Below are positions 41,024 through 51,083 of a DNA stretch of 64,000 bases, in pieces. The position numbers were made by a program, and so were the translations under genes. The stretch covers positions 2,356,001 through 2,420,000 of the forward strand of contig SMSO01000033.1 of assembly GCA_004764695.1 (NCBI GenBank), in the 5' to 3' direction. Source of the DNA: Schizochytrium sp. TIO01 (taxonomy: Eukaryota; Protista; Bigyra: Labyrinthulomycetes). Each line of letters starts with the position of its first letter. Within the stretch, counting starts at the first letter, position 1. The notes under the pieces were generated by a model. It saw nothing but the letters and a program-made list of their open reading frames with translations. It had not been told where the DNA came from and searched no databases.

Positions 41024-41681
41024 AAACAAAAAAACGTGCAATTAACTTCTCAATTGCTTTTGTAGTTGTCGTTGAACAGATTTAAACTTCACTAAATGAT
41101 AGTAAATACCAGTTGGAACCTCTACTTCGTCTTGCCTAGCTATGGTCATTTACGCTAGTGGATCTGCAGTGTGACTCCTCCGCAGTTGAACTTTACTTCC
41201 TTTCCTTTTTCTTTTCTTTTCTTTCTTAATGAGGTCACATGTCGATTATACAAAGCATAGACCTAGATCGAACCTCTTCCTGCACTCAATTTTACTTCCA
41301 CGTTATGCGACTACTGGAGTTATTAATTTAAACGAATCATGGTTTTCCTATTTATAGAGTGATTGAATAGGTGCCCTTTTTAAATCTTCTTGAATTTGAT
41401 TGAGCAAGAGCCGCTTTCTCACAACTTGCAAGGCTCCATCTTTCGCACTTTCATCGAAGACGGATTTGTAGGGCGGCTGAAAATTAGAAAAGAAAAGAAA
41501 AATATCAGGGTCGAGCAAGCAAATTCATAGAAAGCAAAAAATGAAAGATATAACATGTTTTTAAGCAGGTAGTACGTTTCCAGCTATCAATGGAAAACAT
41601 CCATCTATAAATTTATGTAAATCTCTGGATTTGACTGGAAACTAAGAGGGATCTAGATAAGCACATGAAAACAAGCGGACA

Positions 41682-43463
41682 TTAATCACGCATGCGTACA
41701 TCTTTGATATTAAGATTGAAAGCGGCATCAGACTCAATACCAAGCTCATCGTAAAACTTATCAATCTTCACCTTTTTGGCCATATTATCCAGAATATCTT
41801 GAACAAAGTTCTGGACAACCTCGCGGCGACTACGCCAGGCCTCCTTATAAAACTTAAACTCACACTCCAAAACCTCCTGTCCAACCTCAGCACGTGCGCG
41901 AAGATTAGCCATTCGTGATTCAGTTTCACCCTTGCCTGATGGTCCTGCGTTGCGCTCCGCAAGTTCTGTCTTGTGTTCTCGCAGAGTAGCACGGAGCTTT
42001 GCAATTTCAGCATCCACTTCATCGTCTGCAGGCTCTGTACGGAGGTCAGCAATATCCCGTTTCAAAGCAGTGAGCTTACGCTTTGGCTTTTGAGCTGATT
42101 CGGAGCGCTTCTCAAGACGGGCTTTCGTCTTACTGATGGCACTTGGGTCAGTACTTCCAAAAATTGTTTGCTCAAGCCAGTGGACTTTCTTCTCGTTTAC
42201 ATGAGCAATCCCGAGATCGACCAACTTGGACAGAGATTTTGTGACTTGCAGCTTTGTCAGACCAGTCAATGCACGTTGAATATCTAAAGGACTAAAGGGG
42301 CGATTTGTTCGCTTCAGATAATCGTAGATCTTGCGAGATGCAGCGTCAAGAGAATCAATTTCACCTTGCAAAGGGTTTTCAGGTTCGGCCGTCTGTTCTT
42401 CTTCTTCTTCTTCTTCTTCTTCTTCTTCTTCTTCGTCATCTTCCTCATCGTCATCCTCGTTATTATCTTCCTCGTCAGCATTGTCGTCCTTGGCGTTCTG
42501 ATTTGCGGTTACATCCTTATCTTGAGCTTTCCTATTCGTTTTCTTAGTAGACGCAGGCTTCCTCTTAGATGCTTTCTCTTCCTCCTCTTCTTCGTCCTCA
42601 CTCTCACCTTCACTTCCATCATCTTTTGATTCTGGGATTTCACGAAGATCTGCTGCAGCCTTGGTGTGAGTGTTGGTGTGTTCATTGTCAGAAGCAGACT
42701 CTTCTGACATTTGCGAAGTGGCGACAATTTGCGTAGCACTAGGTAAAGACTTCACTGGTGCCTTATCTGGTTGTACAACCTCTACATCTTCCTCGTCCAC
42801 CTCCTCTCCATCCTCATCTTCGTCTTCGTCATCATTGCCTTCTTCCACATACTCTTCACCGTCTTCGTCCTCTTCTTCTTCGTCATTCTCCTCATCATCC
42901 TCGTAGTCCTCCTCCTTTAGTTTTGCTTGCTGGCCACGTTGAGCTACTGGGGGGCTCTTGCTTTCTCCTTTACGGCCTCGCTTGCCGCTGTTCTGAGGTG
43001 AGGGCGAGACCGTTTTCTTATCACGAGCACCTCGCGGCGGCGTCTTTGGGGCAACCGGTGTAGCCGAAGACTTAACACGAGCATGCGACGCCTGAGTTTC
43101 ATTTTTATTGGCTACTTCAGCCTTGTTCTCGGAAGCTGCTCCAGTTTTACGCTTTTTCTTAGACGGAGCATCATCGAAGTCTTCATCGTCACTGAAGTCC
43201 TCGTCATCTTCATTCTCATCTTCATCCTCATCTTCCTCGCTCTCATTATCATCCTTGTACTGCGCAGGGTATCCCTGCATTTGTTGCATTTGCTGCATCT
43301 GATACATTTGTAGGCTTTGCTGTTGAGCTGCCAAAAGTTGATCATCTTCGAAGCTTCCGTTCGTCAGGTCCACTTCCATTTCTTGTGCCCTTGAAGGTGA
43401 CATTACATCCAGAGCACTTCCCTGCATCATCACCACTTCGCTTAGTTCTTCTTCCGTTGCCAT
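41682..43463 (-). CDS. HOP2: Homologous-pairing protein 2 (Hop2/TBPIP) with a long acidic disordered N-terminal extension
   Basis: Winged helix IYDYLKRTNRPFSPLDI...LTKLQVTKSLSKLV, coiled coil, C-terminal WRSRR...ILDNM...FYDELGIESD. Confidence 0.8.
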   Translation of the reverse strand: MATEEELSEVVMMQGSALDVMSPSRAQEMEVDLTNGSFEDDQLLAAQQQSLQMYQMQQMQQMQGYPAQYKDDNESEEDEDEDENEDDEDFSDDEDFDDAPSKKKRKTGAASENKAEVANKNETQASHARVKSSATPVAPKTPPRGARDKKTVSPSPQNSGKRGRKGESKSPPVAQRGQQAKLKEEDYEDDEENDEEEEDEDGEEYVEEGNDDEDEDEDGEEVDEEDVEVVQPDKAPVKSLPSATQIVATSQMSEESASDNEHTNTHTKAAADLREIPESKDDGSEGESEDEEEEEEKASKRKPASTKKTNRKAQDKDVTANQNAKDDNADEEDNNEDDDEEDDEEEEEEEEEEEEEQTAEPENPLQGEIDSLDAASRKIYDYLKRTNRPFSPLDIQRALTGLTKLQVTKSLSKLVDLGIAHVNEKKVHWLEQTIFGSTDPSAISKTKARLEKRSESAQKPKRKLTALKRDIADLRTEPADDEVDAEIAKLRATLREHKTELAERNAGPSGKGETESRMANLRARAEVGQEVLECEFKFYKEAWRSRREVVQNFVQDILDNMAKKVKIDKFYDELGIESDAAFNLNIKDVRMRD

Positions 43464-44533
43464 ATCCACAGATCCTCTTTCGCCACCAAGCGATTAGGTT
43501 CTTTACAAAGCCCTCTAAAATCTATGCCAGAAAATCGACGTCAATAAAGTATCGTCCACGATGAGATAAACGCGGAACGTAGGCTCAAGAGAAACAGAGG
43601 CGAGGAAGCAATGTGTCGAGACACAATAAGAAACAGAGAATCAAGGAAGAAGCGAGAATGACAAGAACAGAGATCCTATTCTCTATTTCCTTGTTCTCTC
43701 TTGGTGAAAAACACGAAGGAAAAACCGGCGATTCCGATGGGCAAAATCTGAAGGATCGAACCACAGGCTCCGCTGAAGAAGGAAGCCTGCAGATCAAAAT
43801 CGCAAACAAGCAAGCACAGGCTGGTGCCAATAGTTATGGTCCTCCAAGTCAACCTGACCTTGCAGCCACGAGACGGTGCGCAGCAGGTTCCGCTCGCAGG
43901 GCCGAAAAGGCGAGGCGGTTCGAGGTTTGCTTTCTATTCTTTGTCTATTCTTTCTCTTTTTCTGCCTCTCTTCAAGGGAATAGAGGGAACAAGCCGCGGT
44001 GTGAAAATTTTGAAATGGGAACGCTATTTAAGGTGCGTTCTCTGCTTTATTTATTGTATAGTACAACATTACCATATAATACAACATGGAGGATCTCAAG
44101 GTACCTTAATTTTGTAGCGTTCTCTCCTTAGTAGTGGGCGCGTTCCGCATTGGTAAGGGGTCTTAAGAGGTAGATATAGATTGGAGAGTCGTTAGTGGAG
44201 GCTTAGGAGAGGGTTAAGGGTGATGATGGTGGTGGTTGTAATCGAAATTAATTGACAGAGATTTGCAAAGGAAAAGAGGGGCGTAAGATTGCTCAAGAGC
44301 GATAGAGAACCAAAGTTGATAATGGCCATGGTTACGGTAACGTTGGTGGTAATGATATATTCACGGCCATTACTCTACAGAGCATCAACATAAAGACATA
44401 GAATCCTTGTGGCCTCGAGTTGGCAACTATCCTAAGGACCTCATGCACAATTTGACTGCGAAGATAGGTATTGATGTATTACCAACAAAAAAAAAAATAG
44501 GAAATACGCTCAGTTTTTCTGAAGCTGTGAGGC

Positions 44534-47500
44534 TTAAATTTGGGGGACAGACTCCCTCCCGGTGGAGCTTTTGTTTTGGGATGAGGTCTTGATTGTGTTT
44601 GAAGAGATGACGTTAGAGTTAGTGTTCTCAGACCTCTGTGCAGAACTTGGAGATGAATTGCCACCGCAATTTTCTTCTCCCATTCGCTCAAGAATCTTGA
44701 CAGCAATAACCTTCAAAGTCATACTCTTCGGAGCTAATGCAGGAGCTTGCGCGATGCACCTTACTTCAGCAAGAATGCGAGAAACATCTGATGCGTTTGA
44801 GTTCTTGCTGAGGACCTCGGAGTTGCGAATGAGGTTCCACAGCAAACCGCACGCCGGCTCTAACACGTTAGGGTCTGCACGATGACGGTGCAAGCTTGTG
44901 GCCAGCGTATTTATGAGGTTATGTTCCTTGCAAAGAATGGCTCGATTCTCCTCGAGCGTCGCCAAAGCCCATAATAGACGAAATCCAGCTTCCTGAAAGC
45001 GGGCCTCATCCATGCATCCATTCAACGTAAAGAGTACGGCTTTCTGAAAACCAACATCACATATTACCTTTTGGTTCACTGAGCTTTTCTGAGCGAGATA
45101 TGTAAAGAGTTGCAAGGCCCTAAACATGATCTCACCGCTGTGAGAATGTTTGTTCATAATATTGAGTACATCCATACAGAGAAATATGAGGTCTTCACTG
45201 AGGAGTGGCCGGTTTTGTTCCTCCTGAGCCAATGCTTGCAAAGTACAAAGCGCAAGCGCCTGGATTCCACCGTGCGGCTTAAAAGCCCGTAACGCCTCAA
45301 TGACATCTTTGTGGGCCTCATGTTGGAAGCAAATAGTTTTACGTAGTCGTTCATCCTCAACAAGCTTAGAGAGTAGATAACAACCACTCCTCTGAATTGA
45401 CTCATGCCCCGAATGAGCACGCATAGCTTGTACAATTGCCTCTGCGAATCCCACAGTGTCTGCAAACGGGATATTATTGGCCAATGCTTCAGGCATTAAG
45501 TTAGAAAGTGCAAGCATTGCGTCTTCCTGAATGTCTATGCTGTTTGTATGAGCTAACATAGCTTCAATAAGACGCGCATAGATGTACTTTTCTTGAGCTA
45601 AAATACGAGGGTTGATGGGTACTTCCAATGATAGGTACATAAGTGCCGTGCAGCTTGCCTGCTGAAGGGTCAACAAATTGGGATACAATCGCATGGCCTC
45701 CAACACTTCACTTGCGATTTGTGACTTGTAGCACAATATTTGTCGGTTTGCCGGGTGGCTAGCAAGGTTGCTTAAGAGGTAAATTGCCATGCAGTTTATC
45801 GGTTCATTGCTCCGGTGAGCACGCATAGCTTCCAGGACTTCCTCGGCAATTTCATGCTCTTGGCAAAGTATAACGCGGTTTGCTTCGTTCTGTGCAAGCT
45901 TATTTAAAAGGGATAAACTGGCATATTGTAATTCGGCATTTTTGCGGTGACCTTCCATGACATTTGCTACATCTTCGCCAACCATTAAGTTTTGACCTAA
46001 ATTTATGACATGCCGAGGGTTGCAAGCGAGAACTCTGAGTAGATTGCACACTTGTACTTGGACATCGGCGTCGCTCGAATGTGTTTGCAACGCAGAAAAG
46101 GACAGTTTGTCCACCTCTAAAACATCCACCAGTGTGTTGCTATTATCCTTGTTGACTGCACAAAGGGCGAGAACCCTGCACGCAGCTTCCTGGAGGCGGG
46201 GAGTTTCTTCATACAGCTTCATAAGTGAACAGAGTTCTGTGCCAATATCGTCTCGTTGAATCATTGATTCACAGTTCTTTGCATTGGTTGCGAGTGCAGC
46301 AAGTGCTTTACAGGCGTATAGCTGAATCTCCTCGACCTCGTGGTGAGCACGCATTACTTCAGCCAGGTCTTTGGACGCAGCAAGATCCTGCCCAAGGAAC
46401 TCGCAGCAGATTGGATCCTGTGCCAGCTTTTCTAATAAAAGACACGCGCGTTCCTGAAGCTCGCTGTAAGTAAGATAAAGACGCATGCCAGAAACGACAA
46501 GTTCACCAAGAGTTCGCAAAGTAGAGAGTTCAGGAGAGTATGCATTGGCCTTCATAAGAGCTGCGAGCACAGCGAAACCAAGACTCTGCACCTGGGCATC
46601 CTGCGGATAATCTGACAATGCTTGTACAACGACCGAACCTGTATTGCCACCCTGGAAAGTAAATGCATTTTCATCTGCATCTAACAAGAGCAAGAAGACT
46701 TGCAGACAGATTTCTTGTACTGCAAGGCTATTCCGATGGGCTTTCATGGCGTCTTCAATGTCTCTTTGCAATGCGAATTCCTGGCCAAAGACAATCTTGT
46801 TACGGTTATCTTCCAGGAGGTGAACCAGAGCAACAGCGGCTACTTGTTGAATTTCAGCATGTCCCCTATGCACGCGCATGGCCTCGACAATATCTGCTAT
46901 TGCGTCTGTTTCCTGGCCAAGAATAGTTTGATTCCGAGCATTTTCCAAAGCAAAGACACCAAGGGCCTTGCAAGCAGTTTCTTGAATCGCCGCTCGCTGC
47001 CTATGAACACGCATAGCTTCAAGGATATCTGCCGTAACGTTGAGTCCTTGGCACAATGTAATGCGGTTCAAAGTGAGACTTGCGAGTCTACAAAAGATCT
47101 TGCATGCACTTTCCTGGAGCCCAGCATGCTGCAGATGTGACCGCATGGTATCTGCGATACCTTCCCCCAGACAAAGCTCCGTACCTAGGATTTCTAGGTT
47201 GTCCTCGTTTTCAACAAGTTCTTCAAAAATCCCCAAGATGAGTTCTTGAAGGCGAATGTTGTTCTGGTGTGTTCGAAGGACTCTCAAGAGCTCAGGAGTT
47301 GCCCCAAGAGTCCGCACGAGTATGGTTCGGTTTGCATCGTTGGCAGCAAGGTTTTGCAGTACTGCACAAGCACGATCAAGCATGGGCAAGTCGTTCCGGT
47401 GTGCATGTATCGCGGCAAGGAGACTGACGCCAATGTTTAACTCCTGACCAAGAATTTCTTGGTTACGCTCGTTCGCCGAGAGGTTCTGCAAGACAGCACA

Positions 47501-50224
47501 CACACTCTCTTGTACACTGCTGAGTTCACGGTGAACCCGCATAGTCTCTATGAGTTCGACTCCAATATTAAGCTCTTCACCTAAAATACTCTGGTTTTCT
47601 TCATTCTCTGCTAGCTTAGCAAGGACCCAGCACGCACTCTCTTGAATTCTAGTATTATCTCGGTGGCGACGCAATGCTTCCACAATGTCTGCACCAAGAT
47701 CAAGTTCCTCTCCGAAAATTTGCTGGTTGTCTTCATCAATTACAAGGTTCTCAAGAGCACCACAGGCCATTTCCTGAACCTCTGAGCATTCTCGATGCAC
47801 GCGCATAGCCTCCGCTATGGCAATCCCTACTTTGACGGTGCTTCCGAGAATGTGTTGGTTTGTTGAGTTTACAGCAAGATTTTGCAAAGCACCGCATGCA
47901 CTTTGTTGAACTCCAGTATGGTCTCGATGCGTCTTCATTGCCTTAACAATAACAGAGCCAGCATCCAAATCTTGACCCAAAGTAGCTTGGTTGTCTTCCA
48001 AGAGGGATAGATTTTGCAAAGCCCAGCATGCGGCTTCTTGAAGATCTGCCACATTCATGTGGTTGCGCATAGCTTCCAAAATGTATTGCCCTGCTTGCAG
48101 AGATTGACCAAGGGATACTTGATTCTGTTCGCTCTCTGCGAAACGCTCAATAACTTGAATTCCATATAAGAGAACGTTTGCCAAATTAGGATGCCCGCGC
48201 ATGATGCCAAGTGTCAACTTGCATAAACCATTTTCTTGACCAAGAACAGTTTGATTTGGGGGGTGCAGCAAGAGATTGCGCAAAGTTTTAAGTGCTTGAA
48301 TCTGCATTGCAGCATCCTCTATATATCTGTCCATCACATCAGCAAACTCTGCACCAATGTTAAGCCGCTGCACAAGCATGCGCTGATTCTCTTCACGTGT
48401 TGATATGTTCTGTAAGACTTCCAAAGCTCTCAACTGGATTTGCCGGTTTGCACGATGGGCCCGCATCATTGACACTACTTCCGTACTAATGTTCAAGTCA
48501 CGGCCTGGAGAGACCCCGTCACTTGACTGAACCACGAGGTTTTGCAAGACCTCACAGGCACTTGCCTGTATCTCTGGATCATCTCGATGAGATTGCATGA
48601 GAAAAGCGATATCTTCTCCAACTTGAAGCGAGCCACCAAGAATGACTTGGTTTCGAGCATCAGTCGACAAATTCCGAAGGGCTCGACAGATAGATTTCTG
48701 CAGAAAACTGTTTCTCTTATGTAGATGCATCGCATCAACGATGCATCGCATGAGATCCTCTTTACCTCCCAAGTTAGCCCGGACTGTTGAGTTCTCAGCG
48801 AGGACTTCGATAAGTTTGCATGCGCTAGCTTGGAGAGCCTCGTGTCGGCGATGTTGGCGCATACCTGCAACTAAGACATTTGCGAGACAAGAGCTGTCAC
48901 CAATACTTTCCTGATTTTGCAAGTTCCGTTGAGCAAGTGCTCCTAGACTACGGCAGGCCCAAATTTGCACATCGACACTATTTGCATGGGTTTGCATAGC
49001 CTCTAGAATATCGTCAATGGCATGCAGCGATTGCCCAAGGTTATACCTGTTTGTACGCAACATGGCAAGGTTTCGGATAGTGCGACACGCACTCGCACAC
49101 ACCTGAGCAGAGGTAGGATGCATGCGCATTGCCTGAAGCACACCTGCGCCAACATCAAGCCCGTGGCCAAGAAGTCGCTGGTTAACTTCACTCAAAGCCA
49201 AGTTTGCCAATGCTTGACAAGCGCTTGCCTGAATGGCTGGGTCATCTTTGTGGATCCTCATTGTTTGAATAATATAAAATCCTGCGTCTAGTGAATAACC
49301 GAGAACAACTCGTCCTGCAGTAGTCATACTCAGGCATAGGAGCTCGTTGCATACCTCTTCCTCCACCTGGGCGTTTTCGATTTGTGCATCCATTTCCCGA
49401 ACCACAGCGGCTGCTTCGTCATGAATTCGAAGAAGTGAATCCGGGCGAATGAGATTTTGTAATGCTCGATGCGTAAGATTATCATGTCCTTGAGTTTGTC
49501 CGACTTTGAAATACTCCATGGCTTCGGCAATGGCATAACTTGACATTTCGTAGCTTGGGCTGTGTAGATCATCAAGGAAACCTATAGTCAACTGGGTGTC
49601 TCCGAGGTGGTCCAGAGCAGTCATTGCATGTTTTTGAATCCTAGAATCTTGGGGGAAGCTCTGCATGGTTACATGAAGATCATAGCCAATTGTTGGGCAC
49701 TCCTCCAGCACTAGTGGCACTGCTTGTGGATCCCTTGTCATCTGAGCAAACACAGCACACCCTGCAGCTTGAACCTCGACGGTCCTCGCATGCATTTTCA
49801 TGGTTTTCAGTGTCAGCGAGGCTAGCTGCACTGCACTTTTGAAAGTAAACCATTTCGACAAAGGCTCAAAATTGAGTAAAATATGTTCTAACACCCATAA
49901 GGTGTGTGTCAAAAGCTCCGCATCTTTTTCGAGCGCAATCATTTGTGCAAGATGGTAAAACGCAGGGTGTTCGACAGTATCTGCACGGCATTCCTTATTA
50001 AGCTGTGCAAGTGAGCCCTCATTGTCTAGTTCGACTTCATGATCGCTCCAAAGACTTTCAGGGTCTTCAGAGGAAGCGGTTTCCATCAGCGGCATCGCAG
50101 TTTTGGGAGCCGCGATTTTCACAGGATCACCATAATGAGCGGACCAGAGTCCTTCCGTGGAGCTGCCAAGCGAGGACGTGGACCCCACGTCATTCTGCGT
50201 CGCGCAATCCTCCTCCACAGACAT
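44534..50224 (-). CDS. Giant armadillo-repeat protein (1896 aa)
   Basis: Tandem ~44-aa repeats of the form 'I.EAMR.H......QE.AC.AL.NLA....NQ..LG..L' across most of the ORF. Confidence 0.9.
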   Translation of the reverse strand: MSVEEDCATQNDVGSTSSLGSSTEGLWSAHYGDPVKIAAPKTAMPLMETASSEDPESLWSDHEVELDNEGSLAQLNKECRADTVEHPAFYHLAQMIALEKDAELLTHTLWVLEHILLNFEPLSKWFTFKSAVQLASLTLKTMKMHARTVEVQAAGCAVFAQMTRDPQAVPLVLEECPTIGYDLHVTMQSFPQDSRIQKHAMTALDHLGDTQLTIGFLDDLHSPSYEMSSYAIAEAMEYFKVGQTQGHDNLTHRALQNLIRPDSLLRIHDEAAAVVREMDAQIENAQVEEEVCNELLCLSMTTAGRVVLGYSLDAGFYIIQTMRIHKDDPAIQASACQALANLALSEVNQRLLGHGLDVGAGVLQAMRMHPTSAQVCASACRTIRNLAMLRTNRYNLGQSLHAIDDILEAMQTHANSVDVQIWACRSLGALAQRNLQNQESIGDSSCLANVLVAGMRQHRRHEALQASACKLIEVLAENSTVRANLGGKEDLMRCIVDAMHLHKRNSFLQKSICRALRNLSTDARNQVILGGSLQVGEDIAFLMQSHRDDPEIQASACEVLQNLVVQSSDGVSPGRDLNISTEVVSMMRAHRANRQIQLRALEVLQNISTREENQRMLVQRLNIGAEFADVMDRYIEDAAMQIQALKTLRNLLLHPPNQTVLGQENGLCKLTLGIMRGHPNLANVLLYGIQVIERFAESEQNQVSLGQSLQAGQYILEAMRNHMNVADLQEAACWALQNLSLLEDNQATLGQDLDAGSVIVKAMKTHRDHTGVQQSACGALQNLAVNSTNQHILGSTVKVGIAIAEAMRVHRECSEVQEMACGALENLVIDEDNQQIFGEELDLGADIVEALRRHRDNTRIQESACWVLAKLAENEENQSILGEELNIGVELIETMRVHRELSSVQESVCAVLQNLSANERNQEILGQELNIGVSLLAAIHAHRNDLPMLDRACAVLQNLAANDANRTILVRTLGATPELLRVLRTHQNNIRLQELILGIFEELVENEDNLEILGTELCLGEGIADTMRSHLQHAGLQESACKIFCRLASLTLNRITLCQGLNVTADILEAMRVHRQRAAIQETACKALGVFALENARNQTILGQETDAIADIVEAMRVHRGHAEIQQVAAVALVHLLEDNRNKIVFGQEFALQRDIEDAMKAHRNSLAVQEICLQVFLLLLDADENAFTFQGGNTGSVVVQALSDYPQDAQVQSLGFAVLAALMKANAYSPELSTLRTLGELVVSGMRLYLTYSELQERACLLLEKLAQDPICCEFLGQDLAASKDLAEVMRAHHEVEEIQLYACKALAALATNAKNCESMIQRDDIGTELCSLMKLYEETPRLQEAACRVLALCAVNKDNSNTLVDVLEVDKLSFSALQTHSSDADVQVQVCNLLRVLACNPRHVINLGQNLMVGEDVANVMEGHRKNAELQYASLSLLNKLAQNEANRVILCQEHEIAEEVLEAMRAHRSNEPINCMAIYLLSNLASHPANRQILCYKSQIASEVLEAMRLYPNLLTLQQASCTALMYLSLEVPINPRILAQEKYIYARLIEAMLAHTNSIDIQEDAMLALSNLMPEALANNIPFADTVGFAEAIVQAMRAHSGHESIQRSGCYLLSKLVEDERLRKTICFQHEAHKDVIEALRAFKPHGGIQALALCTLQALAQEEQNRPLLSEDLIFLCMDVLNIMNKHSHSGEIMFRALQLFTYLAQKSSVNQKVICDVGFQKAVLFTLNGCMDEARFQEAGFRLLWALATLEENRAILCKEHNLINTLATSLHRHRADPNVLEPACGLLWNLIRNSEVLSKNSNASDVSRILAEVRCIAQAPALAPKSMTLKVIAVKILERMGEENCGGNSSPSSAQRSENTNSNVISSNTIKTSSQNKSSTGRESVPQI

Positions 50225-51083
50225 CGAAGAGCCGCCCCTCCGACGTCGCTGGCGTCACGCCGCAATCTGTATCTGCAAGGATTCCTTTTTGAAAGTGATT
50301 ACATTGATTATATTTTTCCTTCATTCATTCATCGCCAAATGTGCGAATCTCCGAAAGAGAAACCGCCGCTAAATCTTAAGTTTTTAGTTCTTCTTATAGA
50401 TTTGGATAGTGAGCCTATAACCATAGTTTGGCGCACACTCAAATCAAAAGTGATGACGTAGGAGGCAGAGCAGCGCTTTGGAGTGTGACGAGTGAAGTGA
50501 ATCACTCTACACCAGTCTATAGGGGCAGCAGTGGACTGTTCGAAGCTGCCTCTGATCCGTTCAGGTTTGCTCAGTATCGTGCCTTCATTTGAGGATGACT
50601 TGAAGGGGAAGCTGCCATCTACAGGGGTGTGAATACTCACAAGTGACCAAAAACGTGCCGGTGAAACGAAGATGTACATTGGACTGATCACCAGCGGGTC
50701 AGCATGGGTGCAATGCTGAAGGCTGGGCTGACTGATGGTACTGTAGGTATCTAGTGTGCTCAAGCTGGCGGCGAACTGTGGAGACGTGGGACGCTCCACT
50801 CGTTCCGATCTGGAAGGCCTCGGGACTTTGTCTGGCGTACAATGTACAATGGTCTTAAAACGAATCATAAGAGCTTCTCAATACTGATTTTATAATTGCA
50901 CTATTAACAGGGAAAGGAAAGACTCAGATATCAGACGAATAAAATGACCATTTGTATAATTTTTTTTACGAAAGATAGTTAGTAAGTGTTGAAAAAGGGC
51001 GTATGCGCGCCGTAAAACAAAACAGTTTAGGCCCTCTATTAGTAACTGAGTTGCTCAAAGTGAGATCTGTACGATTTACATTC

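Noticed and set aside
50329-50868. 179-aa ORF between the ARM gene and the NLR
   Set aside because: No domain signal and atypical composition; likely UTR or promoter sequence.
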